The notes under the pieces are model-generated. The model saw nothing but the letters and a program-made list of their open reading frames with translations. It ran no database searches and was not told the origin of the DNA. Position numbers and translations under genes: made by a program. A stretch of DNA of 64,000 nucleotides from an uncultured delta proteobacterium (lineage in GTDB: Bacteria > Desulfobacterota > Desulfomonilia > UBA1062), in contig CAWCTR010000007.1 in NCBI GenBank assembly GCA_963798485.1, positions 480,001 through 544,000 of the forward strand, in the 5' to 3' direction. Within the stretch, counting starts at the first letter, position 1, and each line of letters starts with the position of its first letter. Shown piece after piece: positions 8,531 through 19,821 of this stretch.

Positions 8531-9920
8531 ACGTTACCCCTAAGAAGGAGATGCTTAGAATGAGCAGGGCATACACTACACTTCGCCAGGGCCATGGGGT
8601 TTCAGCCGTTAACAGCAACTCCCGGTTGGATCTGTATAGTGGTAAATCTATTGCCAAGACAACAGCCATGTAAAAAAGCGTAATGAAAATGAGCGAAGCT
8701 GATGAATACCCGAGATGGGATATATTGAATAAGGAATATATATAGCTGTATGCAGTCCCGAAATCAGGCGCCCTGAAGAATATCCATGCAAAGGCTACGA
8801 TGTGAAAGGTAATGAAGACTGAGAGCAGGGACCTCATGGTGCCATGAACTTGCAGGGTGGTTGACCCTGGTTTTCTGAGGCTGTCCCTGAAATATCTGGA
8901 CAAAGCGAGGTATAACCCATGGATGCCCCCCCACGCCACAAACACCCATGAAGCGCCGTGCCAGAGACCGCAGAGGAGCATGGTGGCGAGAAGATTTATA
9001 TATGTTCGGACAGTGCCTTTCCGGCTGCCTCCAAGTGAAATGTAGAGATAATCCCTTAGCCAAGTTGACAGGGATATGTGCCATCTTGTCCAGAATTCCC
9101 TGATGTTTTTTGACAGATATGGCTGTTTGAAGTTTTCCATTATCTCTATGCCCAGAAGCTTGCTGGTGCCCCTGACAATATCGGTATAGCCTGAAAAGTC
9201 GGTATATATCTGAAGGGTATAGAGATACATCCCGCAGAGAAGATCAATGCACATAAATTTTTGAGGAGAAGAAAAAAGCAGATTTACATGAGAGGCTACT
9301 GCATCTGCGATCACTTTCTTCTTGAAAAAACCCAGGAGAATCAGCTGTAGGCCAGCAAAGATCTGTTCTTTTCCCATAACCCTCTTCCTGTTAATCTGCG
9401 GGGTAAAGGTGTCGGCCCTCCCGATGGGTCCGGCAGATATTTCCGGAAAATAGCCAACAAATAAAGCAAATGATACGATATCTGCAGGTGCATATTCGCC
9501 TCTATAGACATCCATAAGATATCCAATGATCTTGAAGGTGAAAAAGCTGATTCCAAGGGGTAAGATGAGGTTCAATATCTGCACATGGGGAACAAATCCA
9601 AAGGACTGAAAAGCATCTATAAATGAGGTGACGAAGAAATTGTAGTATTTGAAAAATCCCAGAATACCCAGATTATACACTAAGCTGATGGTTAAAAGGG
9701 TTTTTCTTGTTGTCTGATCCTTTGCTGCGTGGATTTTCAAACCAAAGTAAAAGTTTAATAAAGTAGTAATAATTATAAGTGAGAGAAAACGATAGTCCCA
9801 GTAACTGTAGAACAGATAACTCGCAACAATAAGGAATATATTCTGCCATAATCTCGATAAGGAATAGTATATCGGGAGTGTTGCAAGCAGTAAAATTATG
9901 ACCCAATAATTGAAAAGCAT
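8499..9920 (-). CDS. MBOAT-family O-acyltransferase (AlgI/PatA/DltB-like)
   Basis: LPLGISFFTF, DFSGY, FWTRWHISLSTWLRDYLYI, GLWHG, PFIYFNF. Confidence 0.92.
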   Translation of the reverse strand: MLFNYWVIILLLATLPIYYSLSRLWQNIFLIVASYLFYSYWDYRFLSLIIITTLLNFYFGLKIHAAKDQTTRKTLLTISLVYNLGILGFFKYYNFFVTSFIDAFQSFGFVPHVQILNLILPLGISFFTFKIIGYLMDVYRGEYAPADIVSFALFVGYFPEISAGPIGRADTFTPQINRKRVMGKEQIFAGLQLILLGFFKKKVIADAVASHVNLLFSSPQKFMCIDLLCGMYLYTLQIYTDFSGYTDIVRGTSKLLGIEIMENFKQPYLSKNIREFWTRWHISLSTWLRDYLYISLGGSRKGTVRTYINLLATMLLCGLWHGASWVFVAWGGIHGLYLALSRYFRDSLRKPGSTTLQVHGTMRSLLSVFITFHIVAFAWIFFRAPDFGTAYSYIYSLFNISHLGYSSASLIFITLFYMAVVLAIDLPLYRSNRELLLTAETPWPWRSVVYALLILSISFLGVTYVQPFIYFNF

Positions 9921-10197
9921 TATTAAATGACTATAATAAATTTAGGTGGTTTCTGGCAACTATAGAAATTATTACTCATAACCTAATTGATTCTGACTGA
10001 AGATAACTGCGGAGACTGTTGCCCATTATGTTTTCTAAATTGGTGTAGCCCCGGAATTTCAAGGCTCAACTTCCGCTACCTGAAAGATCTCGGATTTACC
10101 TGGTCATTATCGTTTTTATCTCATCTTGTCTTATTCTTCTCACTTTCATCTGCATATTTCTGCTCAGGCAAAACCATAATTCGCTATCTTCTCGATG

Positions 10198-10863
10198 TTA
10201 TGAACCATGCAGTACAGCCTTCTCCTTGAAGTAATCCGGACAATGTCCGATACTCACCATGTTCTCCCTGGCACCATCCAGCATCGGGGGTACGTGACCG
10301 TGATCCTGCCCATTCCCGAACGCCTCCGCCTCCATCAGAAATTCCTTTACCTTCTCCTCAAGCTTCATCTGCTTCCTCTTCAGGTCATCAACCGATCCGC
10401 TCCACTGCGTGGATGCGTTACCCGGAAGCTTGCACCCATCCAATGCAAAAAGCGTCCCCCCGAGCAGTTCCATCTCCTCGCAGATCAGCAGCACATCACG
10501 GAATAGAGGCAGGATATCCTCCTTCATGGAGACAACGAAGGTTGCTATCGTGCTACGGTCCGGATACTGGCCGCTGCTCAATGCCATGAACTCCACGTTC
10601 TCCCGGCAGGCTTGCTCGATCTTCCTCGATGATATCAGTCCCCGTGAATACCCCAGCAGCACTACCTTCAGCAGAATCCGGGGATCGTATGCGCGTCTCC
10701 CCATATCATCATTCCGGTACTTCCCATCGAACAGGCTCATATCCATCCGCTCGTCCACAAGCGTGCAGATCGCATATTCAAGGCTCCCGGGCATGACCTG
10801 TTCCTGCAGAGAAATAGGTATCAATAAGTTCTGTGCGAATTCGTTCGGCTTGTACCTTGCCAT
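10198..10863 (-). mobile_element. IS1182-family transposase relic (internally deleted, 3'-truncated)
   Basis: GRRAYDPRILLKVVLLGYSRG..SSRKIE, PDRSTIATF, ALDGCKL, then an abrupt jump to AEAFGNGQD; the DDE C-terminus is missing. Confidence 0.8.
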
Positions 10864-10915
10864 CAGTCCATCCTTTTCCCTGAAATCGGGGAGATGGATA
10901 GCTTGTCCTGCCCCT

Positions 10916-11197
10916 ATCAAATCCCTCAGAGAACCCGTCCGTCAGGAGCTTTTAAAATACCTGATGCTGAACGGACGCTCCGATATCGGGACGATTGCAC
11001 AGCACCTTCCCCAGGATCGCTCGGTGATATCCCGGCATCTTCAGCTCATGCAGGAGGCCGGGATTCTGATTTGCGAGAAGGAAGGCAGGTTTGTGTATTA
11101 CTCCATTAACGGTCCTGAATTCCTTGCAAAGCTCGAATCCCTGGTCGACCAGGTGAGGGCATGCATCCCCATCTGCTGCCCGCCAGGTGTTGTATAA
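10916..11197 (+). pseudogene. 5'-truncated ArsR/SmtB-family regulator
   Basis: KSLREPVRQELL...DRSVISRHLQLM..AGIL..EKEGRFVYY and a CIPICCP tail; no start codon; abuts the IS relic. Confidence 0.75.
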
Positions 11198-11293
11198 CAA
11201 CAAGCTAAAAATCAGTTCCCTCTCCCTGTTGCATGGGAGATAAGGTATAGCATGAGCATAAGTGATGGAGTTAAATTACGATCAGGAGGGATA

Positions 11294-11545
11294 ATGAATT
11301 ACCAAAACATTCAAGCCCAGAAGACACCGGAAAAGATAGGGATCATTACCCTGAACCGTCCTGAGAGAAAGAACGCGCTCTCCATAAAACTCAGGCAGGA
11401 GATATCTGATTGCCTCAAGGACTGGGTCCATGCCACAGATGTAGCCGCTGTCATCTTCATCGGGGCAGGTGAGTGCTTCTCAGCAGGTTTTGATCTGAAG
11501 GAATTCAGCAAGTCTGAACTCATGGAGGAGGATCGAAAGCTCTGA
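11294..11545 (+). pseudogene. N-terminal fragment of an enoyl-CoA hydratase/isomerase
   Basis: ITLNRPERKNALS, FSAGFDLKE; stops after about 83 aa; AGGAGG RBS. Confidence 0.8.
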
Positions 11546-11653
11546 GGCATACCGCCTTTTCATATGTTCATCCATATTCTCTTCAAGGAGCATATTGTCG
11601 AAGAGGCGGCATAAGCCCGGCTAATATGACCCCTGCGCGGGATATCCTCCGGG

Positions 11654-12640
11654 TCATCCTCCGGCCTCCTCCTCTTCGAGCTCAAAGCCCAGGTCGGCGA
11701 TCATTTGCAGAGCTTCGTCCTGCGACTGTCCGCCTTCCGTCAGATAACCGTTAACGAAAATAGAATTTGCCAGGAAGAGGGCCATGGGCTGCAGGCTGCG
11801 CAGATGAACCTCGCGGCCGCCTGCCACCCTGATGTCGGCTGCCGGATGGAGCAGGCGCGCCAGTGCCAGTATACGAAGGCAGCGCATAGGCGTGAGGCAG
11901 GGGTCCAGATTCTGGAAAGGCGTGCCCGTAACCGGGATGAGGAAATTGATGGGGATCGAACGGGGAGAGACCTGCTTCAGCGCCAGCAACATGTCAACGA
12001 TGTCTTCGTCGGTCTCACCCTGCCCGACAATACCGCCTGAGCAGAGCTCGATCCCTGCTTCCCTGCAGATCTCCAGGTTACGCATGCGGTCGGCCCAGGT
12101 GTGAGTCGTGCAGATCGAGGGATAGTGACGCTCGCTCGTGTTGATGTTGTGGTTGACGCGGTCCAGCCCCGCCTGTTTCAGCCTTACTGCCTGCCCGGAT
12201 GTCAGGAACCCGAGCGAGCAGCAGACCTGGATGCCGACATCTTCCTTGATCGCACGGATCACGCTGCACAGGGCATCCACCTCGCTGTCCGTAAGGGTGC
12301 GGCCGCTTAGGCCCATGCAGAACCGGCAGGCCTTGAGCCTCACAGCCTCTCCGGCCTCGGCGAGAAGGACATCACGGGCCTTGAGCGGGTAGTGTGCTAT
12401 ATCGGCCTGTGAAATACATGACTGCGAGCAGTAATGACAGTCCTCAGGGCATATGCCGCTCTTGGCATTACTCAGTACCTGGACCTGCACGCGCCTGCCG
12501 TGGAAATGGCTGCGCACCCGCCAGGCGGCTTCGATTAGGGCAAGGGAATCCTTGTCTGAAGCAGCCAGCACGGCAAGGGCCTGCGAGCGGCTCATTGTTT
12601 CCCCTTCTATGGCAGAGATGGACAGATATGCATATTCCAT
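11654..12640 (-). CDS. bioB: Biotin synthase
   Basis: NAKSGICPEDCHYCSQS, CCSLG, NHNINTS, CSGGIVG, SIPINFL, ANSIF, YLT. Confidence 0.93.
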   Translation of the reverse strand: MEYAYLSISAIEGETMSRSQALAVLAASDKDSLALIEAAWRVRSHFHGRRVQVQVLSNAKSGICPEDCHYCSQSCISQADIAHYPLKARDVLLAEAGEAVRLKACRFCMGLSGRTLTDSEVDALCSVIRAIKEDVGIQVCCSLGFLTSGQAVRLKQAGLDRVNHNINTSERHYPSICTTHTWADRMRNLEICREAGIELCSGGIVGQGETDEDIVDMLLALKQVSPRSIPINFLIPVTGTPFQNLDPCLTPMRCLRILALARLLHPAADIRVAGGREVHLRSLQPMALFLANSIFVNGYLTEGGQSQDEALQMIADLGFELEEEEAGG

Positions 12641-12649
12641 GGAAGGACC

Positions 12650-13261
12650 TTAACCTATCTGAGGACTGGAAAACAAGCCTTGTTCACGGCTCTTGAAAAG
12701 CCATGTGGACAGATAACGCTCTCCCGTGTCAGGGAGGATCACCACAATGAGCTTGTCCTAATTTGTATCGTCCCAGATCTCTTCGGCCGTGGTCCTGCGG
12801 TGGGTATCGGGGTTTGCAGGGTTTTCGAACTGCTGGAACATGACGGCATTGGGCACTGTCTGAACAAGCTCTTCCGCCTTCCTTATCGCGCCTTCCATTC
12901 CTTGATCATCAGGGGTCAGGATGTAATCGGCCCCGAAGATTTTCACGAGCTTCCGCCTTTCCATGCTCACGGTATCCGGCATGACCAGGATAAGGCGATA
13001 CCCGCGTGCGGCAGCGATAAAGGCCAGGGCTATGCCGGAATTGCCGCTCGTGGGCTCGATGAGGATTGAGTCTTTGTTCAGCAGCCCTTTCTTTTCTGCA
13101 TCGTCAATCAGGGCGAGGCCCGTACGGTCTTTGATACTGCTGAGCGGATTGAAAGATTCGAGCTTGGCAACAACCCCGGCCCGGCTACCCTTGGCAATGC
13201 GGGAGAGCCAGACCAGGGGCGTGTGCCCGATGGTCTTGGTGATATCCTCGTAGATATTCAT
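12650..13261 (-). pseudogene. cysK: Cysteine synthase A with internal deletion
   Basis: The N-half (SIKDR, EPTSGN) ends at TTAEEIWDDTN-TAG. The C-terminal [21 protein letters not shown] follows immediately in frame. Confidence 0.88.
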
Positions 13262-13347
13262 CTTGTTTTTCTGCTCAAGACGTGTAGCGCGGGAAACGTG
13301 ATATGGGGGCCATGGAAAATCGACCCCCATGGTTTCCTTCTCCAGCC

Positions 13348-14291
<944 letters not shown>

Positions 14292-14319
14292 ATTTGCTGC
14301 GCGTCTGCAGGACTCTCCC

Positions 14320-14421
14320 CTACATGGGCACCCCCCATTCCCTTAAGCGGCACATACACATGCAGCAGCACATGTTCGCGTCTGCAGATGCAGTATGATG
14401 AGTAGGTCTTGCCAAAAGCAT
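14320..14421 (-). CDS. Cys/Met-rich leader peptide MLLARPTHHTASADANMCCCMCMCRLREWGVPM
   Basis: 33-codon ORF with a GAGG RBS and 8 consecutive Met/Cys codons, followed by a terminator and antiterminator. Confidence 0.8.
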   Translation of the reverse strand: MLLARPTHHTASADANMCCCMCMCRLREWGVPM

Positions 14422-14442
14422 GTATCGCCTCGTTGATTTTAA

Positions 14443-14494
14443 TAACTACTATTACTATCTAAAAACTAGATAAAAAAATACCAAAGGCTGTCAA
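14443..14494 (-). promoter_or_regulatory. TTGACA promoter with putative Rrf2 box (leader-metY-cysK-bioB)
   Basis: TTGACA at 14494-14489; box CTAGTTTTTAGATAGTAATAGTAGTTA. Confidence 0.65.
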
Positions 14495-14608
14495 GCATAA
14501 AAATGAAAAAATCTTTCAAGGGCCGGGGGCAGGTATCCTTTAAAGGCAAAGAGGTGGTTTATCTGTGAGGCAGCGAGATGGTGAAATACATCATGGCCGG
14601 GAATATTC

Positions 14609-14662
14609 TTGACAAGATTTCATGACCAATAATACCTAGTAAATCGATAGTGAATAGAGTGA
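14609..14662 (+). promoter_or_regulatory. TTGACA promoter with putative Rrf2 box (metB-like gene)
   Basis: TTGACA at 14609; box CTAGTAAATCGATAGTGAATAGAGTGA at 14636. Confidence 0.65.
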
Positions 14663-14704
14663 TGTATGTACGCAGGCTTCAGCAATAACTAAGGAGGTTA
14701 CCAG

Positions 14705-15847
14705 ATGAAATTCGAGACACGTGCAATTCACGCAGGCCAGGGCCCTGACCAGGCCTATGGCGCTGTAATGCAGCCTATCTATCAGGTGTCCACGTTCGCA
14801 TACAAGGGCGTGAAGCAGATGGGACCCTTTGATTATTCCCGTTCCGGCAACCCCACACGTAAGGCCCTGGAGGACTGCATCGCATCGCTGGAAGGCGGCA
14901 CGTACGGCTTTGCCTTCGGAACCGGTATGGCGGCTGAGACCACGGCGTTGACACTGCTTTCCGCCGGGGACCATCTCATCGTCCATGACGACCTCTACGG
15001 CGGCACCTACCGCCTGTGCAGCAGCGTTGTTGCCCGGCAGGGCGTTGATGTTCAATTTGTGAACCTCAGGGACCTCGATGCCTTGAGATCGGCCATCAAG
15101 CCCAATACCAGGCTCATCTGGACCGAGACCCCCACGAACCCACTCATGAACATCCTGGACCTGGCCGCCATTGCAGAGATAGCCAAGGCAAAAGGTGTGC
15201 TCACCCTATGCGATAACACGTTCCTGTCTCCCTATTTCCAGAATCCGCTGGCCCTCGGGATAGACATGGTGCTGCACTCCACGACAAAGTACATCAACGG
15301 CCACTCGGATGTGGTGGGCGGGGCCATCGTGGTCGATGAACCCGAACTTGCCAAGCGGTTGGCCTTCCTTCAGAATGCCCTGGGCACCTGTCAGGCCCCC
15401 TTTGACTGCTTCCTTGTGCTCCGGGGGCTCAAGACCCTGGCCGTGCGGATGGAGGCCCACAACAGAAATGCATTAACGATCGCGCAGTGGCTCGAAAGAC
15501 ACCCGAAGATAGAAAGCGTCCTTCATCCGGGTCTTGAAAGCCATCCACAACGCGAGCTGGCATCAAGGCAAGCCCGCGGGTTCGGCGGTACGTTCTCTTT
15601 CAAGGTCAAGGGCGGTGAGGACGAGGCCTTCCGGCTTCTGGCAAACGTGAAGCTCTTTATCCTTGCAGAATCATTGGGTGGGGTGGAGTCGCTCATCGAG
15701 CACCCATGGACCATGACGCATATGTCCATGCCCGAGGATGCGCGCTCCGCTGCCGGCATCACCGGTAACCTGATCCGCATTTCTGTGGGCATCGAGCATG
15801 TGGATGATCTTATTGCCGACCTGGAGCAGGCATTTGAGAAAGTCTAA
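14705..15847 (+). CDS. Cystathionine gamma-synthase/gamma-lyase family PLP enzyme (MetB/MccB-like)
   Basis: YSRSGNPTR, ETPTNP, DNTF, HSTTKYINGHSD, AESLGGVESL. Confidence 0.9.
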   Translation: MKFETRAIHAGQGPDQAYGAVMQPIYQVSTFAYKGVKQMGPFDYSRSGNPTRKALEDCIASLEGGTYGFAFGTGMAAETTALTLLSAGDHLIVHDDLYGGTYRLCSSVVARQGVDVQFVNLRDLDALRSAIKPNTRLIWTETPTNPLMNILDLAAIAEIAKAKGVLTLCDNTFLSPYFQNPLALGIDMVLHSTTKYINGHSDVVGGAIVVDEPELAKRLAFLQNALGTCQAPFDCFLVLRGLKTLAVRMEAHNRNALTIAQWLERHPKIESVLHPGLESHPQRELASRQARGFGGTFSFKVKGGEDEAFRLLANVKLFILAESLGGVESLIEHPWTMTHMSMPEDARSAAGITGNLIRISVGIEHVDDLIADLEQAFEKV

Positions 15848-15853
15848 TCGCGA

Positions 15854-16831
15854 TCAGATCTTTGGCAGCCCGGTATCGTCGTACAGTCCCTCGAAGAGCA
15901 CACCGCTCAAATACCGTTCACCGGAATCCGGGAGGATGGCGACAATGGTTTTCCCTTCGAATTCCTTGAGGCCGGCCAGCCTGAGGGCCACTGCAATGGC
16001 TGCACCGCAGCTGATGCCCGAAAGGATTCCTTCCTCTCGTGCCAGCCGCTTGGCATGGGCGATGGCCTCCTCACTGGTTACCTTCTCCACCCGGTCCACC
16101 ACTGACAGATCGAGGGTATCCGGGATGAACCCTGCCCCGATGCCCTGAATTTTGTGGGGCCCCGGCTTGATCTCCTGGCCTGCCAGGTGTTGGGAAATGA
16201 CCGGACTCTCTGTGGGTTCAACGGCCACGCTGATGATCTTCTTTTTCTTAACATTTTTGATATAGCGGGAAATGCCCGTGATCGTACCGCCGGTACCCAC
16301 GCCCGAGACGAGCACATCAATCTTACCGAGAGTCTGTTCCCAGATCTCAGGCCCTGTGGTCTTGAAATGGACATCCGGATTGGCAGGGTTCTTGAACTGC
16401 TGGGGCATGAAATATTTAGGGTCGGATGCCGCAATCCGCTCCGCCTCGGCAATGGCCCCCTTCATCCCGGCTGGGCCTGGAGTCAGGATGATGTTGGCGC
16501 CAAAGATTGAGAGGACCTTGCGGCGCTCGAGGGACATGGTCTCGGGCATGGTGACATGGAGTTTATATCCCCGTGCCGCAGCCACATAAGCCAGGGCGAT
16601 GCCCGTGTTTCCGCTCGTGGGCTCGATGATCTCCATGCCAGGCTTGAGTGAGCCGTCTTTCTCTGCTGCCCAGATCATGTTGGCGCCGATGCGGCATTTC
16701 ACCGAATAGGCAGGATTGCGTCCCTCTATCTTGGCTAAGATGGTGGCTTTAAGCCCTTTGGAAAGCCTGTTGATCTTAATTAGTGGTGAATTCCCGATTG
16801 ATAATGTGTTGTCGTCAAAAAATGTGCCCAT
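15854..16831 (-). CDS. cysK: Cysteine synthase A
   Basis: [45 protein letters not shown]. Confidence 0.95.
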   Translation of the reverse strand: MGTFFDDNTLSIGNSPLIKINRLSKGLKATILAKIEGRNPAYSVKCRIGANMIWAAEKDGSLKPGMEIIEPTSGNTGIALAYVAAARGYKLHVTMPETMSLERRKVLSIFGANIILTPGPAGMKGAIAEAERIAASDPKYFMPQQFKNPANPDVHFKTTGPEIWEQTLGKIDVLVSGVGTGGTITGISRYIKNVKKKKIISVAVEPTESPVISQHLAGQEIKPGPHKIQGIGAGFIPDTLDLSVVDRVEKVTSEEAIAHAKRLAREEGILSGISCGAAIAVALRLAGLKEFEGKTIVAILPDSGERYLSGVLFEGLYDDTGLPKI

Positions 16832-16907
16832 AAAGGCCTCCTTAGGAAAGCTGTCTATTATTGTTATCTTTTTTTAAAAACCCTTTTATAACCGTTGGTT
16901 ATTTTAA

Positions 16908-16959
16908 TAACTAGTAACTCTATCGATAAGATAGTAAATAAAACACTGTAGCTTGTCAA
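16908..16959 (-). promoter_or_regulatory. TTGACA promoter with putative Rrf2 box (cysK)
   Basis: TTGACA at 16959-16954; box CTATCTTATCGATAGAGTTACTAGTTA. Confidence 0.65.
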
Positions 16960-16985
16960 CTGAAAAATAAGAGTTAGATACACCC

Positions 16986-17039
16986 TTGACAAGGGGTGTA
17001 GACGATAATACACTAGTTTATCGATAGTAATTAAAGTAA
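16986..17039 (+). promoter_or_regulatory. Sigma70 promoter and putative autoregulatory Rrf2 box
   Basis: TTGACA-17-TACACT; box CTAGTTTATCGATAGTAATTAAAGTAA at 17013. Confidence 0.7.
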
Positions 17040-17052
17040 TTCGAGGGATCAT

Positions 17053-17493
17053 ATGAAACTATCTACTCGATCACGGTACGGGGTGCGGCTCATGCTCGAT
17101 CTGGCGCTGAACAGCACCAAAGGCTCGGTGTTTCTCAAGGATATCGCCAAGGAAGAGGAGATCTCGGAAAAATATTTGAGTCTTATCATCATCCCCTTGA
17201 AGGCTGCCGGTCTCGTCAACTCCATGCGCGGGGCCCACGGCGGATATACCCTTGCAAAGCCTGCATCGGACATCACGTTAAAGGAGATTGTGGATGTTCT
17301 CGAAGGGGAAACCTGTCTTGTGGACTGTGTAAAGAACCCTTCTGCATGCTCACGCTCCGATACCTGCGCAAGCAGAGATCTCTGGACCATCCTGAGCGAC
17401 AATATATCCCAGACACTCGGCTCCGTCACCCTGGATGACCTGGTCAGGAAGAGCAGGGAAAAGGGCCTGAGCGGCGCGATGTACCACATCTAG
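17053..17493 (+). CDS. Rrf2-family regulator (IscR/CymR-like, Cys-containing)
   Basis: MKLSTRSRYGVR, SEKYL, RGAHGGY, CLVDC..C..C. Confidence 0.92.
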   Translation: MKLSTRSRYGVRLMLDLALNSTKGSVFLKDIAKEEEISEKYLSLIIIPLKAAGLVNSMRGAHGGYTLAKPASDITLKEIVDVLEGETCLVDCVKNPSACSRSDTCASRDLWTILSDNISQTLGSVTLDDLVRKSREKGLSGAMYHI

Positions 17494-17516
17494 GAAGGTG
17501 AACCAAAGGAGAAACA

Positions 17517-18425
17517 ATGGGAATCGTTGAGAAGATCATAAAGCTCAAGAGGGAAAGGAATGCAATTATTCTTGCCCATAACTACCAGCTTCCCGAGGTT
17601 CAGGACATTGCCGATTTCGTGGGTGACTCGCTTGGTTTAAGCATCCAGGCGGCAGGTACCGATGCCCAGGTGATCGTGTTTTGCGGGGTCCATTTCATGG
17701 CCGAGACCGCCAAGATCCTGTCCCCCCGGAAGACCGTTCTTATCCCGGACATCCATGCCGGATGCCCCATGGCGGACATGATCAATGCGGATCAATTGCG
17801 CGTGATGAAGGCCGAGCACCCGAACGCAACGGTATTGTGTTATGTGAACACCACTGCCGAGGTAAAGGCCGAGTGCGACCTGTGCTGCACATCCGCCAAT
17901 GCCGTGAGCATTGTCAAAGATGTCATGAAGGAAAATAAAGAAGTCATCTTTATCCCGGACAAGTACCTTGCGGATTATGTGTCCACCGAGACCGGGTACG
18001 ACCTTATTACCTGGAAGGGATACTGCCCCACGCACGCCAGGATCCTGCCTGAACACATTCTCTCGCAGAAAGACCTGCACCCTAATTCCGTTGTCCTGGC
18101 GCACCCCGAGTGCACCCCAGGGGTGAGGATGCTTGCCGACAAGGTCATGTCCACCGAGGGTATGTGCTGGTATGCAGGCGAGATGAAGGACAAGGAATTC
18201 ATTGTGGCGACCGAGGTGGGCATCCTTCACAGGATGCGCAGGGATAACCCTGATAAAACCTTCTACCCTGCCTCGGACATTGCGATCTGTCCGAACATGA
18301 AGCTCATTACCTTAGAAAAGGTGTTGTGGGCGCTTGAGGAGATGCATGACGAGATCACCTTGCCCCGTGAGACAATAGCCAAGGCGAAGAAGTGTATTCA
18401 GAGGATGCTTCTCTACAGGGTATAA
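17517..18425 (+). CDS. nadA: Quinolinate synthase
   Basis: ILAHNYQ, GDSL, FCGVHFMAETAK, GCPMA, HPEC, CPNMK. Confidence 0.95.
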   Translation: MGIVEKIIKLKRERNAIILAHNYQLPEVQDIADFVGDSLGLSIQAAGTDAQVIVFCGVHFMAETAKILSPRKTVLIPDIHAGCPMADMINADQLRVMKAEHPNATVLCYVNTTAEVKAECDLCCTSANAVSIVKDVMKENKEVIFIPDKYLADYVSTETGYDLITWKGYCPTHARILPEHILSQKDLHPNSVVLAHPECTPGVRMLADKVMSTEGMCWYAGEMKDKEFIVATEVGILHRMRRDNPDKTFYPASDIAICPNMKLITLEKVLWALEEMHDEITLPRETIAKAKKCIQRMLLYRV

Positions 18426-18461
18426 CATATGGATTCAAAGTAAAGAGAAAGGAGTGATAGC

Positions 18462-19742
18462 ATGAGTAAGATCGATCAGCATTTAAAGACGGAATCGCTG
18501 CTGCTCCACGGCGGCCAGGAGTCTGACCCCACCACCGGGTCGCGGGCTGTCCCCATATATCAGACCACCTCGTACCAGTTCAGGGATACGGACCATGCAG
18601 CCAACCTCTTCGGCCTGAAGGAATCCGGCAACATCTATACCCGCCTCATGAATCCCACCACCGATGTACTGGAAAGGCGCATGGCGCTCATCGATCACGG
18701 CATCGGTGCCCTGGCCGTGGCCAGCGGCCAGTCGGCAATTACCCTGGCCCTGCTGAACATCGCCCGGGCCGGAGATGAGATCGTGTCCATGGACAACCTC
18801 TACGGTGGCACCTACACCCTCTTCCATCACACCTTCAAGCGCATGGGCATCGAGGTGAAGTTCATCAAGTCCAATGACCTGGATGCACTGAAGAAAGCCA
18901 TTACGCCGAAGACCAAGGCCGTATACGCCGAATCCATAGGAAACCCCAAGCTCGATGTGGCCGATCTCGAAGGCATTGCCCGGATCGCCCATGACAACCG
19001 TATCCCCTTTGTTCTTGATAATACGGTATCCCCATACCTGCTGAAGCCCTTTGATCACGGGGTGGATATCACGGTGTACTCGGCCACCAAATTCATCGGC
19101 GGCCATGGGACCTCCATCGGCGGTATCATTGTTGATTCCGGCAAGTTCGACTGGGTCGGCGGGAAGTTCCCTTTGATCACTGATCCTGATCCCAGCTATC
19201 ACGGGCTTAACTTCTTTGACGCACTGGGAAGCCAGGCCTATATCATCAAGGTAAGGGTCACATTGCTCCGCGACCTTGGACCGGCACTGTCCCCCTTCAA
19301 CTCGTTCCTCTTCCTCCAGGGCCTGGAGACATTGCACCTGCGCATGCCCAGGCACTCGGAAAACGCCCTGGCAGTGGCAGAGTATCTGGAAAAACACCCG
19401 AAGGTGGCCTGGGTCAACTACCCAGGGCTCACATCAAGCCCGGAATATCCGAAGGTGAAGAAGTACCTCACCAAGGGTGCCGGCGCCATTATCGGCTTCG
19501 GCATCAAGGGCGGGGCCGAGGCGGGAAAGAGATTCATCAATTCACTTAGCCTTGTGTCGCACCTGGCGAACATCGGGGATGCAAAGACCCTTGCCATACA
19601 TCCGGCAACGACAACGCATCAGCAGCTCTCGGCAGCCGAACAGCTCGCCACCGGGGTAACGCCTGATTTCATCAGGCTCTCCATCGGCATCGAGCACGTG
19701 GATGACATCATTGCGGATATCACTCAGGCCCTGGGTGCATAG
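18462..19742 (+). CDS. metY: O-acetylhomoserine/O-acetylserine sulfhydrylase
   Basis: [38 protein letters not shown]. Confidence 0.92.
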   Translation: MSKIDQHLKTESLLLHGGQESDPTTGSRAVPIYQTTSYQFRDTDHAANLFGLKESGNIYTRLMNPTTDVLERRMALIDHGIGALAVASGQSAITLALLNIARAGDEIVSMDNLYGGTYTLFHHTFKRMGIEVKFIKSNDLDALKKAITPKTKAVYAESIGNPKLDVADLEGIARIAHDNRIPFVLDNTVSPYLLKPFDHGVDITVYSATKFIGGHGTSIGGIIVDSGKFDWVGGKFPLITDPDPSYHGLNFFDALGSQAYIIKVRVTLLRDLGPALSPFNSFLFLQGLETLHLRMPRHSENALAVAEYLEKHPKVAWVNYPGLTSSPEYPKVKKYLTKGAGAIIGFGIKGGAEAGKRFINSLSLVSHLANIGDAKTLAIHPATTTHQQLSAAEQLATGVTPDFIRLSIGIEHVDDIIADITQALGA

Positions 19743-19821
19743 TGCAGGAACGGATCTAGTCGTTATGGAAAAGAAGGGTGCCCACCCGTTCAGGGGTGCC
19801 ATGCATGAAAGGATAACGGCC

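Noticed and set aside
12755-12762. In-frame TAG in cysK as pyrrolysine or read-through
   Set aside because: About 120 codons are missing at this junction, so it is a deletion scar.
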